DNA of 24,000 nt from Caldalkalibacillus thermarum (GCF_014644735.1 NZ_BMKZ01000014.1:28966-52965), one strand, 5' to 3'. Numbered from the stretch's first letter, positions 1 to 7,348 are shown. The notes: generated by a model from the sequence alone, not told the origin. Translations and numbers: made by a program.

Positions 1-2802
1 CTCAAAAGGTTTATGTTCGCCTGTAACTTCATAATAAGTGCTTTCAATGTTAGCTAAGGCAATATAGTATGGCAGTAACAGTATTTCATTCCCCCATATT
101 TCTTTGTTATATTTATCCTTTAATTTTTCAGGGGGAATAGTGTGCATTAGCCGTGACAAAAACGTTCCTGTACCTGTAAACGGTTCTAAGATAACGACAT
201 CTTCATCTGCTAAGGAACGTGAAAATTCTTCTCGTAAAATGACATCTGAACTTTTAACCAGAAAGTCAACCAATTCAACCGGTGTATATACGATCCCAAG
301 ACGATCTGCTGTTTTAGGAAATGCAATTTTAAAGAACGTATCATATAAGTTGCTAAGAAAATGCTGTCTCTCCGTTTCCTTATCCATGCCTCGTGCCCGT
401 GTTTGCACACTCCGGTAAAATCCATCAAGGGCTCCCGTCTCTTTTTCGATAAAATCCCGGAAAACTTCCGTCACTTGATCCAGAGCTTGAGAGACAGGGT
501 TGTGTTGCAAAAAAGCATACTTATCAAACAGTGCATCAAACACCGGCTTTGTAATAATATGCTGAACAAGCATGGACAGGGCTTCGTCTTTAGTCACCAT
601 CGGATTGATAACTTCATGAAGTGAGCGTAAAAAATTTTCAAAGGTTGTTCTGGCACGATTACCAAGTTCACTGTTATGTTGTAATACTTGCTCAATGTGC
701 CGCTCTATCCTGCCAGCCACTTCTGCCACATCTTTGGCCCATGTTTCAAAGTAACGGCGATCCCCGACTTTTTCGACAATCCGCCCGATTAATGCTTTGC
801 GCAATTCGTTTCTGAACAAGTTCAATTTCATTTGCTCATATTTTTGTTCAGTTTTTTGGACGTCAATGATGACTTTGTCCTCGTCATCCGCTATATATTC
901 ATCTGTTTTTTTGGTGTTGTTTGTTTTGAGCCATATGGAGCGCACTTCTGCATCCAAACGCTCATCAATAGAGCGTAAAGCACCCAGAATTTGCCATACT
1001 GTGTCAAATTCCTTGTTTTTATCTAATGCTTCTTTGGGATCTTGATCAGGAGATACCAGCACCGGAATGATAACATAACCGTATTGTTTTCCTTCCGCTT
1101 TTCTCATTACACGTCCAACAGCCTGAACAACATCAACAACCGACCTGCGGGGACGCATAAATACAACCGCATCAAGGGCTGGTACGTCAATACCTTCTGT
1201 TAACACTTTGGCATTGCTGAGGATACGAGTAACATTTGGATCAAAACCATCTTTTAACCAAGCTATCTTTTGTTTTCTCTCTGAGGCTGGCATAGAACCA
1301 TCAACATGAATAACTTCAAATGAACGCCTGTTGAATTCATCTGGCATGTCATACGCATATAATTCCACAGTCTCCTTAAATTTTGAAGCAAATTGTTTGG
1401 AGTCTTTTATAGTACTGTTAAAAACAACAGCACGTTGCAAAGGTTTAACCTCACCTTGCAGAAGATGGCCATTTAAAGCACGCCAGCAACCGATCATTTT
1501 GGCCGCTTCCTGAACTTGTGGAGAATCTTCTTGGTTTAAGTATTGCAATAATTTTTCATGAACCTCTTCTTCATTAACAGTTAAAACGACAACTTTGTAG
1601 TCGGAAAGTATACCTTGATCAACTGCCTGCCCAAAACCCAAACGGTAAAACTCTTCTCCAAAGACATCCTTATCATCCATAGAATAGTAGTCATATCCAC
1701 TTTCATCTAGTTTTTGCTTTACTCTTGGAACAAAGACACGGGGGGTTGCTGTCATGTAAAGACGCTTTTTACCTTTTATCAAATCATTATCATGTATCAT
1801 ATGATAATACGAAGCCTCATCTGAATCTTGTGCTTTGGATACTCCTGTTGTCCGATGCGCCTCATCCGCAATAATCAGATCAAATTCTGATAATCCTTCT
1901 CTGTGAGCATCAACAATAACTTGAGAAGAATGATAGGTCGAAACGACGACTGTCATTTCATTTGACTGCACACTTTTAACCTGATTAACCAGATCCTCTG
2001 CATTGGTGGTAGGAGGGTAGGATAATAATGTTGTATCTCCCAACTGATCATCGTCTGTTCGGCCTACAGTATGATCACTCGTTACCGCAAATACCCTTAA
2101 CGGCGTATCTGCATCCTCAATCCATGCCCGAATGGTCTGTTCAACTAATGCTATAGAAGGAGCCATAAACAAAACCTTACCACCCGCTCCTACCATCTGT
2201 TCTGCCAGTTTCAAGGCGGTAAAAGTCTTTCCAGATCCCGGAGGCATAATTAATTTACCTCGGTCTGCACGTGTGAAGCCATCTATTACGGCATTGATAG
2301 CCTCCTTTTGATATTTACGGAGGTTTTTCTTACCAAAGGTTATTTCTTCCGGCTTTTGCCAATTAAACGACTCCCAGTTAATAGAGCTTTCCAGCATATC
2401 AGACAAAGTTAAGACTTTAACGGGCTTGTCCTGCTTGTCGATCAGTTTTTGAGCATTAGGACCAAGTGATGAAGATGTTACAATTAAACGATATGAAAAT
2501 TCTTTTCTGCCCGATAAAGCCAGAAACGTAGCAATATCATCCGCTCCCAAAGTTGTCTCATGGAATTTGATTTGTATGGCCCATAGATTGCCTGTGTGTC
2601 TTTCTTCAGCGACTGCATCTATTCCGGTATCACCCAATCCCTCTCTTTGAGGCCAGTCACGCCAACGCCATATTTCTGAAAACAGGTTTTGATAAAAAGG
2701 CGATTTTCTTAAGTAAGCAAGTGCAAAACGCTCAAACAACTCTCCTTTTTTTGTAGCAGAATCAATTTTTCTCCAATCCTTCAACTTATCAATAACGTCC
2801 AT
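1..2802 (-). CDS. Type ISP-like single-chain restriction-modification enzyme, N-terminal 934 aa (Mrr-like nuclease + SF2 DEAH translocase + start of N6-adenine methyltransferase); C-terminus lies beyond position 1
   Basis: Absent from the ORF track because it has no stop inside the window. My translation of the minus strand from ATG 2802-2800 (RBS GAGGGGGA, 2809-2816) stays open for 934 codons to base 1. Motifs read: PD-(D/E)xK-like GDTGIDAVA...WAIQIKF; helicase I MPPGSGKTF, II LIIADEAHRT, III LYMTATP, VI QAVGRVMRK; methylase motif-I-like LEPFTGTGTF near the edge. The domain order matches LlaGI/LlaBIII-type Type ISP enzymes. Confidence 0.8.
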   Translation of the reverse strand, partial: MDVIDKLKDWRKIDSATKKGELFERFALAYLRKSPFYQNLFSEIWRWRDWPQREGLGDTGIDAVAEERHTGNLWAIQIKFHETTLGADDIATFLALSGRKEFSYRLIVTSSSLGPNAQKLIDKQDKPVKVLTLSDMLESSINWESFNWQKPEEITFGKKNLRKYQKEAINAVIDGFTRADRGKLIMPPGSGKTFTALKLAEQMVGAGGKVLFMAPSIALVEQTIRAWIEDADTPLRVFAVTSDHTVGRTDDDQLGDTTLLSYPPTTNAEDLVNQVKSVQSNEMTVVVSTYHSSQVIVDAHREGLSEFDLIIADEAHRTTGVSKAQDSDEASYYHMIHDNDLIKGKKRLYMTATPRVFVPRVKQKLDESGYDYYSMDDKDVFGEEFYRLGFGQAVDQGILSDYKVVVLTVNEEEVHEKLLQYLNQEDSPQVQEAAKMIGCWRALNGHLLQGEVKPLQRAVVFNSTIKDSKQFASKFKETVELYAYDMPDEFNRRSFEVIHVDGSMPASERKQKIAWLKDGFDPNVTRILSNAKVLTEGIDVPALDAVVFMRPRRSVVDVVQAVGRVMRKAEGKQYGYVIIPVLVSPDQDPKEALDKNKEFDTVWQILGALRSIDERLDAEVRSIWLKTNNTKKTDEYIADDEDKVIIDVQKTEQKYEQMKLNLFRNELRKALIGRIVEKVGDRRYFETWAKDVAEVAGRIERHIEQVLQHNSELGNRARTTFENFLRSLHEVINPMVTKDEALSMLVQHIITKPVFDALFDKYAFLQHNPVSQALDQVTEVFRDFIEKETGALDGFYRSVQTRARGMDKETERQHFLSNLYDTFFKIAFPKTADRLGIVYTPVELVDFLVKSSDVILREEFSRSLADEDVVILEPFTGTGTFLSRLMHTIPPEKLKDKYNKEIWGNEILLLPYYIALANIESTYYEVTGEHKPFE

Positions 2803-2817
2803 TCAAATCCCCCTCAA

Positions 2818-3378
2818 TCAAAACGCCTTTTGTCTGACTCCCCTGACTTCATGACAATCCACGCACCGTGGCTCATACAGATCATCGGCTCCCACCACAA
2901 TCACGGGATCATCCACATGGGCCGGCTGACCATCAATCAACCGTTGGGTTCTGGTGGCCGGTCTGCCGCAACGGGCACACTTGGCATAAAGACGAGTGAC
3001 TGAGTGGCTGATGGCAACCAAGTATGGCATCGGAGGAAACGGTTCCCCCCGAAAGTCCAGATCAAGTCCGGCACAGATAACCTTGTAACCCTGATTTGCC
3101 AGTTTTCGGCATACTGATCCAATCATAATATCAAAAAAATGTACTTCGTCTATGGCTATGTATTCTGCTTTTCCATTAACATGATCCAGTATTTCTTCTG
3201 CTCTGTCAATCAAAACGGCTTCCAACGTATCCCCGTTGTGGGAAACAATGTGACCGGTACTGTACCGGTTGTCCAGCTTCGGCTTAAACGCCAGCATGTT
3301 TTTGCCCTCTACACGCCGGATCAGTTCGGTTGTTTTGCCAGCAAACATGCAACCGTATATGGTTTCGATATGTCCCAT
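2818..3378 (-). CDS. tdk: thymidine kinase
   Basis: 186 aa. P-loop YGCMFAGKTTELIRR, IAIDEVHFFD, CAGLDLDFRGEPF, and a C-terminal zinc ribbon CARCGRPA...CVDCH, all typical of type II thymidine kinases. RBS AGGAGGTG upstream of ATG 3378. Confidence 0.9.
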   Translation of the reverse strand: MGHIETIYGCMFAGKTTELIRRVEGKNMLAFKPKLDNRYSTGHIVSHNGDTLEAVLIDRAEEILDHVNGKAEYIAIDEVHFFDIMIGSVCRKLANQGYKVICAGLDLDFRGEPFPPMPYLVAISHSVTRLYAKCARCGRPATRTQRLIDGQPAHVDDPVIVVGADDLYEPRCVDCHEVRGVRQKAF

Positions 3379-3563
3379 GAAAACACCTCCTGTTTTCTTT
3401 GTCCTTAATCTGTTACTTGGTATTGCTCATATTGTTTTGCACAAAGGCTAATGAGAGGAAAAAATATTTTGGTATTGTTCGATAAAATAGTCCAATATAA
3501 TTTGTTGTTGTTTTCATTATAAAATCCCAGTGCTTTTTGGCCACATCTTCATCGTGATGTGTA

Positions 3564-3833
3564 CTAAAAAGTATCTTCTTTCCAATCCCAATAGGTTTCA
3601 TCTTTTAATTCAATTTCATTTCCTTCATCGTCATACTCAATTACAGGTTTTCCAGTATCGTGACAGTAAAAAACTTTTTCTACTTTTGCTAAAATAACTC
3701 GCTCGTCACCATCAAATTCACCATCAAACATATCTTTGTACCACTGCTTTGTTTCTTCATACTCACTAACTGCTTTTTCTCTGTCATCCGTAATACATAA
3801 CACGCCATCATCGTAAGACCAAACAATCCACAT
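3564..3833 (-). CDS. small highly acidic hypothetical protein (89 aa)
   Basis: Track ORF 3564..3851. I prefer ATG 3833 (MWIVWSYDDG...) because GGGAGGA lies 6 nt upstream, inside the longer ORF. About 30 percent Asp+Glu and few basic residues by my count. No recognisable family. Confidence 0.7.
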   Translation of the reverse strand: MWIVWSYDDGVLCITDDREKAVSEYEETKQWYKDMFDGEFDGDERVILAKVEKVFYCHDTGKPVIEYDDEGNEIELKDETYWDWKEDTF

Positions 3834-3860
3834 TTTTAATCCTCCCTTCACATCATGAGT

Positions 3861-4118
3861 CTATTGTTCACCTTCCAACGCTTTCTTGGCCACCTCGATT
3901 GCGTCCGTTGCGCTATGTGTGAGACGGTGCATATCACTGATCTTCTCAAGCGCCTCACGGTATCGTTTGTTTTGTTTGTGCAACCGCCGTATTTCTGCAA
4001 CAAGCTCTAGTACTTCGTTAACATCATCCCTTTCAATCGGATACTTTGTACCTTCATCAGCCCACATTCCCCAAGTCTTCCAGTTTGTTTCAATCTCCTT
4101 CAACCGTACCTCATTCAT
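3861..4118 (-). CDS. small coiled-coil-like hypothetical protein (85 aa)
   Basis: Track ORF 3861..4133. Start moved to ATG 4118 (MNEVRLKEIE...), preceded by GGGAGGTGAGAGG. The C-terminus ...IEVAKKALEGEQ belongs to the repeated junction motif. Confidence 0.65.
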   Translation of the reverse strand: MNEVRLKEIETNWKTWGMWADEGTKYPIERDDVNEVLELVAEIRRLHKQNKRYREALEKISDMHRLTHSATDAIEVAKKALEGEQ

Positions 4119-4226
4119 CCTCTCACCTCCCATTTGTAGGTCATGTGCTCACCTCTTTTAAAAACTCGTATAGCTCCTACACCACATCTTCGGCGTTTTA
4201 CTCATCAATACTTCACCTTCGGCGTA

Positions 4227-4421
4227 TTATGCATTAAATTCTCGCCAAAAAACAATCGCTTCCTCATCATTCGGATCTTGCTTTAATGCTTTTTCTATGC
4301 AAGACAAGTGAACAGGAGTATCAAACTCAAGCGAAAAACGTAGATTCTCTATATCTTTTCTGCCGCAGTACCAACAACCGAATCCTTTGTTAACAGCCCA
4401 CTCGATTAATCTATCCTCCAT
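4227..4421 (-). CDS. small Cys-containing hypothetical protein (64 aa)
   Basis: ATG 4421 preceded by GAGAGGAGAAAG. Contains GCWYCGRK ... HLSC, a possible small metal-binding fold. No family recognised. Confidence 0.6.
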   Translation of the reverse strand: MEDRLIEWAVNKGFGCWYCGRKDIENLRFSLEFDTPVHLSCIEKALKQDPNDEEAIVFWREFNA

Positions 4422-4530
4422 TATCTTTCTCCTCTCGCTTTTTGGCTCTACTGTTCACCTTTCAGTGCTTTTTTGGCCACATCTTCAGCGAACCATGCAA
4501 CAAAAACTCGATTGCTTTGACGTTTCTTTT

Positions 4531-4791
4531 TTACTCCGAAATATTTAATTCAAAACCATTTAAGTTAAAACCACGAGAAAATACATTTACACAGTTGAAA
4601 ACACCTTCAATACTATTCTCATAAGCAAGTATCGTGCTCTTTTGTTGTAGTTCCGAATCAGCAATAACTTTAAAACTACCATCGGAACATCTTTCATAAT
4701 AAAAAGCAACATCTTTAACTTTTTTAATAAATCTCATTTGATTTATCTCATTTCCTACTGGCGACATATTATTTTTGGTTTTGATTATCAA
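4531..4791 (-). CDS. hypothetical protein (86 aa), possibly 3'-truncated by a frame change
   Basis: The TTG start overlaps the upstream stop (TTGA), and AGGGGTGG lies just upstream. Directly after its TAA, a second frame continues for about 27 codons and ends in the conserved junction peptide AEDVAKKALKGEQ (4448-4530). Confidence 0.55.
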   Translation of the reverse strand: MIIKTKNNMSPVGNEINQMRFIKKVKDVAFYYERCSDGSFKVIADSELQQKSTILAYENSIEGVFNCVNVFSRGFNLNGFELNISE

Positions 4792-5006
4792 TAACCACCC
4801 CTAGCAATTGCTACACGCGCCAAACTGTTCCACCGCAAGACAATATCTGCCGGAATGCTTTTTATGTCGTTTCCAATTATTTTTGCAGTTTCCTTCTCAA
4901 TCTCTATCAATGCCTCTCTCAATCGTTCGTTTTCTTCTCGCAACTCTTCGATGTAACTGCACTCCCAGCAACGCAACCTTCCGTGCGTTTTACAAATAAC
5001 ATGCAT
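4788..5006 (-). CDS. hypothetical protein (72 aa) with N-terminal Cys cluster and coiled-coil segment
   Basis: ATG 5006 with AAGGGAGATGA upstream. Sequence HVICKTHGRLRCWEC followed by the heptad-like EELREENERLREALIEIEKE. Confidence 0.6.
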   Translation of the reverse strand: MHVICKTHGRLRCWECSYIEELREENERLREALIEIEKETAKIIGNDIKSIPADIVLRWNSLARVAIARGGY

Positions 5007-5052
5007 CCGGCGTCATCTCCCTTAGTACTCTTTTACAAAATTATATATTATG

Positions 5053-5556
5053 TCAGTATCGTCTTTCTGAATTCCCCTTTTCTTTTTCGGACTTTTCTTC
5101 AAGTCCAAAACACTTCGGTACATCTTTTTCCATATCCCGATATTTGCCCTTTTCAAACCCCGTCCAGAAACGTTCAACTGCATCAATAACAGCCATAGCC
5201 TGTATTTCATTCAGAGACCGGAGTTTTTCAACCAACTCTGATCCATCAACGTTCCAAACCTTGGACAAATGTTTGTGCCTGAGCGCATCTTCAACATAGG
5301 CCCACAACAGATGGGCCGTTTCCGCCGTCATGTTTTTGGTCTCCAATGCTTCCGTAATAAGGCAAGCTTCATTGACACCAAACTCAATCACGTTCAATGC
5401 ACGCCTGTATAAGGTATACAGACGTTCCAAATCACGGTTAATCGTAGAAGAACGAGCCTCTCCCCTTTCATCAATCAAATCCAAAATTTCCTTCCGAATG
5501 CTAAGAGATATTTTTTCAACCATTTTTTTCTTCCTTTCTTTCAACTCTTCCAACAT
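5053..5556 (-). CDS. hypothetical protein with possible N-terminal ribbon-helix-helix DNA-binding fold
   Basis: 167 aa ORF. An alternative start at ATG 5523 (MVEKISLSIRKEILDLIDERGEARSSTINRDLERLY) has AAAGGAAG upstream. The pattern of a beta-strand (KISLSI) followed by two helices resembles CopG/Arc/ParD-type RHH proteins. This was recognised by eye only. Confidence 0.5.
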   Translation of the reverse strand: MLEELKERKKKMVEKISLSIRKEILDLIDERGEARSSTINRDLERLYTLYRRALNVIEFGVNEACLITEALETKNMTAETAHLLWAYVEDALRHKHLSKVWNVDGSELVEKLRSLNEIQAMAVIDAVERFWTGFEKGKYRDMEKDVPKCFGLEEKSEKEKGNSERRY

Positions 5557-5565
5557 ATTTGTATA

Positions 5566-6039
5566 TTAAAGCGCTTTAGTATACCAATGATCAAGCTGTT
5601 CATTTATCCACTCCCAGTCTAAATTGAAGTGATATATTTCAGCTTCAATTTCACGTTCGTAAATTTGAATGGGGTCAATTTGATGAAATTCATCAATGCA
5701 GATTCCTTCTTCATATTCCTCCGAATTTTTCCACGTTCTGATTTCTTCATCTGTATATATTTCTTCCATAGGCCAATCTGGAGGATTGGGGCCAATTTTG
5801 TATATCGCAACCCACAATGCATCAATCCCCTTATGGTGTTCGTTTTGCTGAAGCGATTTAGACTCAAGCTCACCGGTGACAAGGTTGACTGCGGCATATC
5901 CAGCTTTTATTCCCGGTATGTATCCTTCGTGAGCGGTTCTTACGATTGTTTCAGGATTAAGACCAGTTATGATGTTTTTAATCTTTTCGTGCGGAAGAAT
6001 CTCATACACCTCATTTGCGTATGGAACTTTTACTTTCAT
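5566..6039 (-). CDS. hypothetical protein (157 aa), acidic C-terminal half
   Basis: Track ORF starts at TTG 6042. ATG 6039 sits 9 nt after AAGGAGG. It is the first gene downstream of cassette promoter P1. Confidence 0.7.
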   Translation of the reverse strand: MKVKVPYANEVYEILPHEKIKNIITGLNPETIVRTAHEGYIPGIKAGYAAVNLVTGELESKSLQQNEHHKGIDALWVAIYKIGPNPPDWPMEEIYTDEEIRTWKNSEEYEEGICIDEFHQIDPIQIYEREIEAEIYHFNLDWEWINEQLDHWYTKAL

Positions 6040-6072
6040 CAAAAAACCTCCTTTTATTTTTTTGTTGATTTT

Positions 6073-6101
6073 ATCTTACCGCAATCCTACCACGGTATCA
6101 A
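6073..6101 (-). promoter_or_regulatory. cassette promoter P1 (sigma-A type) with embedded TACC-N2-GGTA palindrome
   Basis: Minus sense: TTGATA (6101-6096), a 17 nt spacer CCGTGGTAGGATTGCGG, then TAAGAT (6078-6073). The palindrome TACCGTGGTA (6088-6097) overlaps the -35 box and spacer. AAGGAGG and the ATG follow about 30 nt downstream. Confidence 0.65.
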
Positions 6102-6123
6102 TACAATCAACCAAAAAATATGT

Positions 6124-6159
6124 AAAAAAACATGCGGAGCAACCCGTTCGCATTTTTTT
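6124..6159. terminator. A-tract/hairpin/T-tract terminator between cassettes
   Basis: Plus strand: AAAAAAA-C-ATGCGGA-GCAACCCG-TTCGCAT-TTTTTT. The 7 bp stem includes one G-T pair in plus sense. In minus sense that pair is an A-C mismatch, leaving a 5 bp GC-rich stem plus a T7 run. Confidence 0.5.
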
Positions 6160-6163
6160 GTGA

Positions 6164-6191
6164 CGCTCCCCCCAATCACATGGGGAAAGCG
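6164..6191 (-). other. sense-strand hairpin 1 (CUUUCCCC/GGGGGGAG family)
   Basis: Minus sense: CGCTTTCCCC-ATGTGATT-GGGGGGAGCG. This is a 10 bp stem with 2 G-U pairs. In plus sense those pairs become A-C mismatches. Confidence 0.6.
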
Positions 6192-6206
6192 CCTTGAACA
6201 AAACAT

Positions 6207-6770
6207 TTATTCTTCATAATAAATTTTTCTGCCGGGCTTTTGTTTGTAACTTTTTACAAATCCGTGTATTATTTCTTGAAGCTGTGATGACGAATCACTT
6301 TCCTTTATGGGTATAGTGATTGACTTGCTTCTGTCGTCAAGATTGTAATATTTGTTTTCGCCCCGTAATCTATGTTCATCGAAAAAAAATAAGTATCTAT
6401 TATGGTATTCGTCATCAAAAAAACAATCTCTTGTCGTATCAATAACGTTAAAGATGTAAGCCACGAAAGAACTTGATATTGGATCGTTTACTTCGCTGAT
6501 GATGAAGTGCAATCCATCCAGATTTATTTCGTGTGTTTTTGCAAAATCAATAGCTCTTAGAAACCCTATGTTTTTCCAATTTTGTCCTTCTTCTACTTCT
6601 ATTTTTTCTTCGTGAGTTTTTCCGTTTTTCCTGATAGCAACCTTGTTCGGAGTATACGATACATAATAATCACTGAAACCAACGTATGAGTGTTTTACAA
6701 ACGTTTCGTTTTCTAAAGTCTCATCTAATACGATATAATCGTTTTTGAAATACCATACAAATTTTTTCAC
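6207..6770 (-). CDS. hypothetical protein (187 aa)
   Basis: Track ORF 6207..6815 begins inside the predicted -10 box of promoter P2. I therefore prefer GTG 6770 (VKKFVWYFKNDY...), which follows AAGGGGCGG with 5 nt spacing. No family recognised. Confidence 0.65.
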   Translation of the reverse strand: MKKFVWYFKNDYIVLDETLENETFVKHSYVGFSDYYVSYTPNKVAIRKNGKTHEEKIEVEEGQNWKNIGFLRAIDFAKTHEINLDGLHFIISEVNDPISSSFVAYIFNVIDTTRDCFFDDEYHNRYLFFFDEHRLRGENKYYNLDDRSKSITIPIKESDSSSQLQEIIHGFVKSYKQKPGRKIYYEE

Positions 6771-6805
6771 CAAAACCGCCCCTTTTTTTTCAATGCTTTG
6801 ATTAT

Positions 6806-6834
6806 ATAATACCATATTCCTACCACGGTAGCAA
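6806..6834 (-). promoter_or_regulatory. cassette promoter P2, homologous to P1/P3
   Basis: Minus sense: TTGCTA (6834-6829), a 17 nt spacer CCGTGGTAGGAATATGG, then TATTAT (6811-6806). The same palindrome TACCGTGGTA lies at 6821-6830. Confidence 0.65.
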
Positions 6835-6870
6835 TATCAAAAATTATGTAACACAGAACAATATATTGGT

Positions 6871-6908
6871 GTGACGTCCTCCCCCAACCAATGCGGGAAG
6901 AACGTCAC
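6871..6908 (-). other. sense-strand hairpin 2 (same family)
   Basis: Minus sense: GTGACGTTCTTCCC-GCATTGGTTG-GGGGAGGACGTCAC. This is a 14 bp stem with 2 G-U pairs. Confidence 0.65.
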
Positions 6909-6950
6909 GAGTAAATTTGATTTTCTCAACTGCTTCAGACAATCTTTAAA

Positions 6951-7124
6951 TTAAGATTTTTTACTCCTTGTTTTTTGCTCAATCATTTCTTCCACTTTAT
7001 TTTTCAGTGATACAAGAGCAGTAAAATCAATATTTACTTCGATACCATTATTTTCAAGTTTTTCGATCGCTTCACAAGCCCCATCTAACTGTTTCCATAT
7101 TTTTTCTAATTCTCTTTTTGTCAT
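6951..7124 (-). CDS. small hypothetical protein (57 aa), below the ORF-track cutoff
   Basis: My translation: MTKRELEKIWKQLDGACEAIEKLENNGIEVNIDFTALVSLKNKVEEMIEQKTRSKKS. ATG 7124 is preceded by GAGGTGA. It sits exactly between promoter P3 and hairpin 2, in the same layout as the neighbouring cassettes. Confidence 0.55.
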   Translation of the reverse strand: MTKRELEKIWKQLDGACEAIEKLENNGIEVNIDFTALVSLKNKVEEMIEQKTRSKKS

Positions 7125-7176
7125 ATTATCACCTCATTTTTGACTAATTTGACTAATTACTAATTTTATTGATTAT

Positions 7177-7205
7177 ATATTACCATATTAATACCACAGT
7201 ATCAA
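7177..7205 (-). promoter_or_regulatory. cassette promoter P3, homologous to P1/P2
   Basis: Minus sense: TTGATA (7205-7200), a 17 nt spacer CTGTGGTATTAATATGG, then TAATAT (7182-7177). The variant palindrome TACTGTGGTA lies at 7192-7201, and an extra TACCGTG lies just upstream at 7206-7212. Confidence 0.6.
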
Positions 7206-7232
7206 CACGGTAATAATAAGGTTTTTTGGTTA

Positions 7233-7260
7233 TGACCCCCCCGATATGGGAAAGGTATCA
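7233..7260 (-). other. sense-strand hairpin 3 (same family)
   Basis: Minus sense: TGA-TA-CCTTTCC-CATATC-GGGGGGG-TCA. It has 3 + 7 bp with a 2 nt bulge and 3 G-U pairs, and essentially no structure in plus sense. Confidence 0.5.
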
Positions 7261-7264
7261 CAAA

Positions 7265-7287
7265 CCAAAAAACAAAACGCCTTTTGT
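7265..7287 (-). terminator. weak intrinsic terminator of the pre-insertion 8860..9165 gene
   Basis: Minus-sense ACAAAA-GGCG-TTTTGT followed by TTTTTGG. It starts at the last base of the reconstructed TGA stop. The stem is entirely A/T, so it is weak. Confidence 0.4.
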
Positions 7288-7308
7288 CAGAATTCCACGA
7301 CCTTTTTT

Positions 7309-7348
7309 GCGCAGGGGTCCTCCCAATTCATTGGGAGGGGGAATGCGC
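7309..7348 (-). other. composite hairpin directly after the iscB stop (candidate right-end subterminal hairpin or terminator)
   Basis: Perfect 9 bp stem CCTCCCAAT/ATTGGGAGG (7319-7338, 2 nt loop) enclosed by an outer 5 bp stem GCGCA/TGCGC (7309-7313 with 7344-7348). Confidence 0.6.

Noticed and set aside
104-1513. Plus-strand track ORFs (104..418, 361..624, 621..815, 797..1045, 1331..1513) and minus ORF 210..428
   Set aside because: All lie antisense to, or nested in another frame of, the uninterrupted 934-codon minus-strand RM gene with clear helicase and nuclease motifs. None has an RBS or a recognisable motif.
2819-2834. 16 nt identity CAAAACGCCTTTTGTC between the tdk 3' end (2819-2834) and the terminator at 7273-7288
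   Set aside because: By rough expectation, a single 16-mer match in 24 kb counting both strands is not far from chance. Nothing around it is conserved.
3413-3601. 62 aa ORF between tdk and the acidic 89 aa gene
   Set aside because: It overlaps the end of the 3564..3833 gene and has no RBS. It contains a frameshifted relic of the junction motif (DEDVAKKHW), so it is more likely decayed junction DNA than a gene.
4448-4533. Programmed -1 ribosomal frameshift joining the 86 aa ORF to the AEDVAKKALKGEQ tail
   Set aside because: The permissive window (about 17 nt) has no canonical X XXY YYZ slippery heptamer and no obvious downstream stimulatory structure. A decayed junction or an indel is more parsimonious.
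5629-6219. 196 aa plus-strand ORF, plus 5619..5897 (minus) and 5022..5210 (minus)
   Set aside because: They lie antisense to or out of frame with the RBS-supported 5566..6039 and 5053..5556 genes and run through promoter and terminator DNA. They are AT-rich with Phe/Ile/Asn-biased, junk-like composition.
6040-7296. Integron-like attC interpretation of the cassette hairpins
   Set aside because: Each cassette has its own sigma-A-type promoter. The hairpins lack the RYYYAAC/GTTRRRY cores, and no integrase is in the window.
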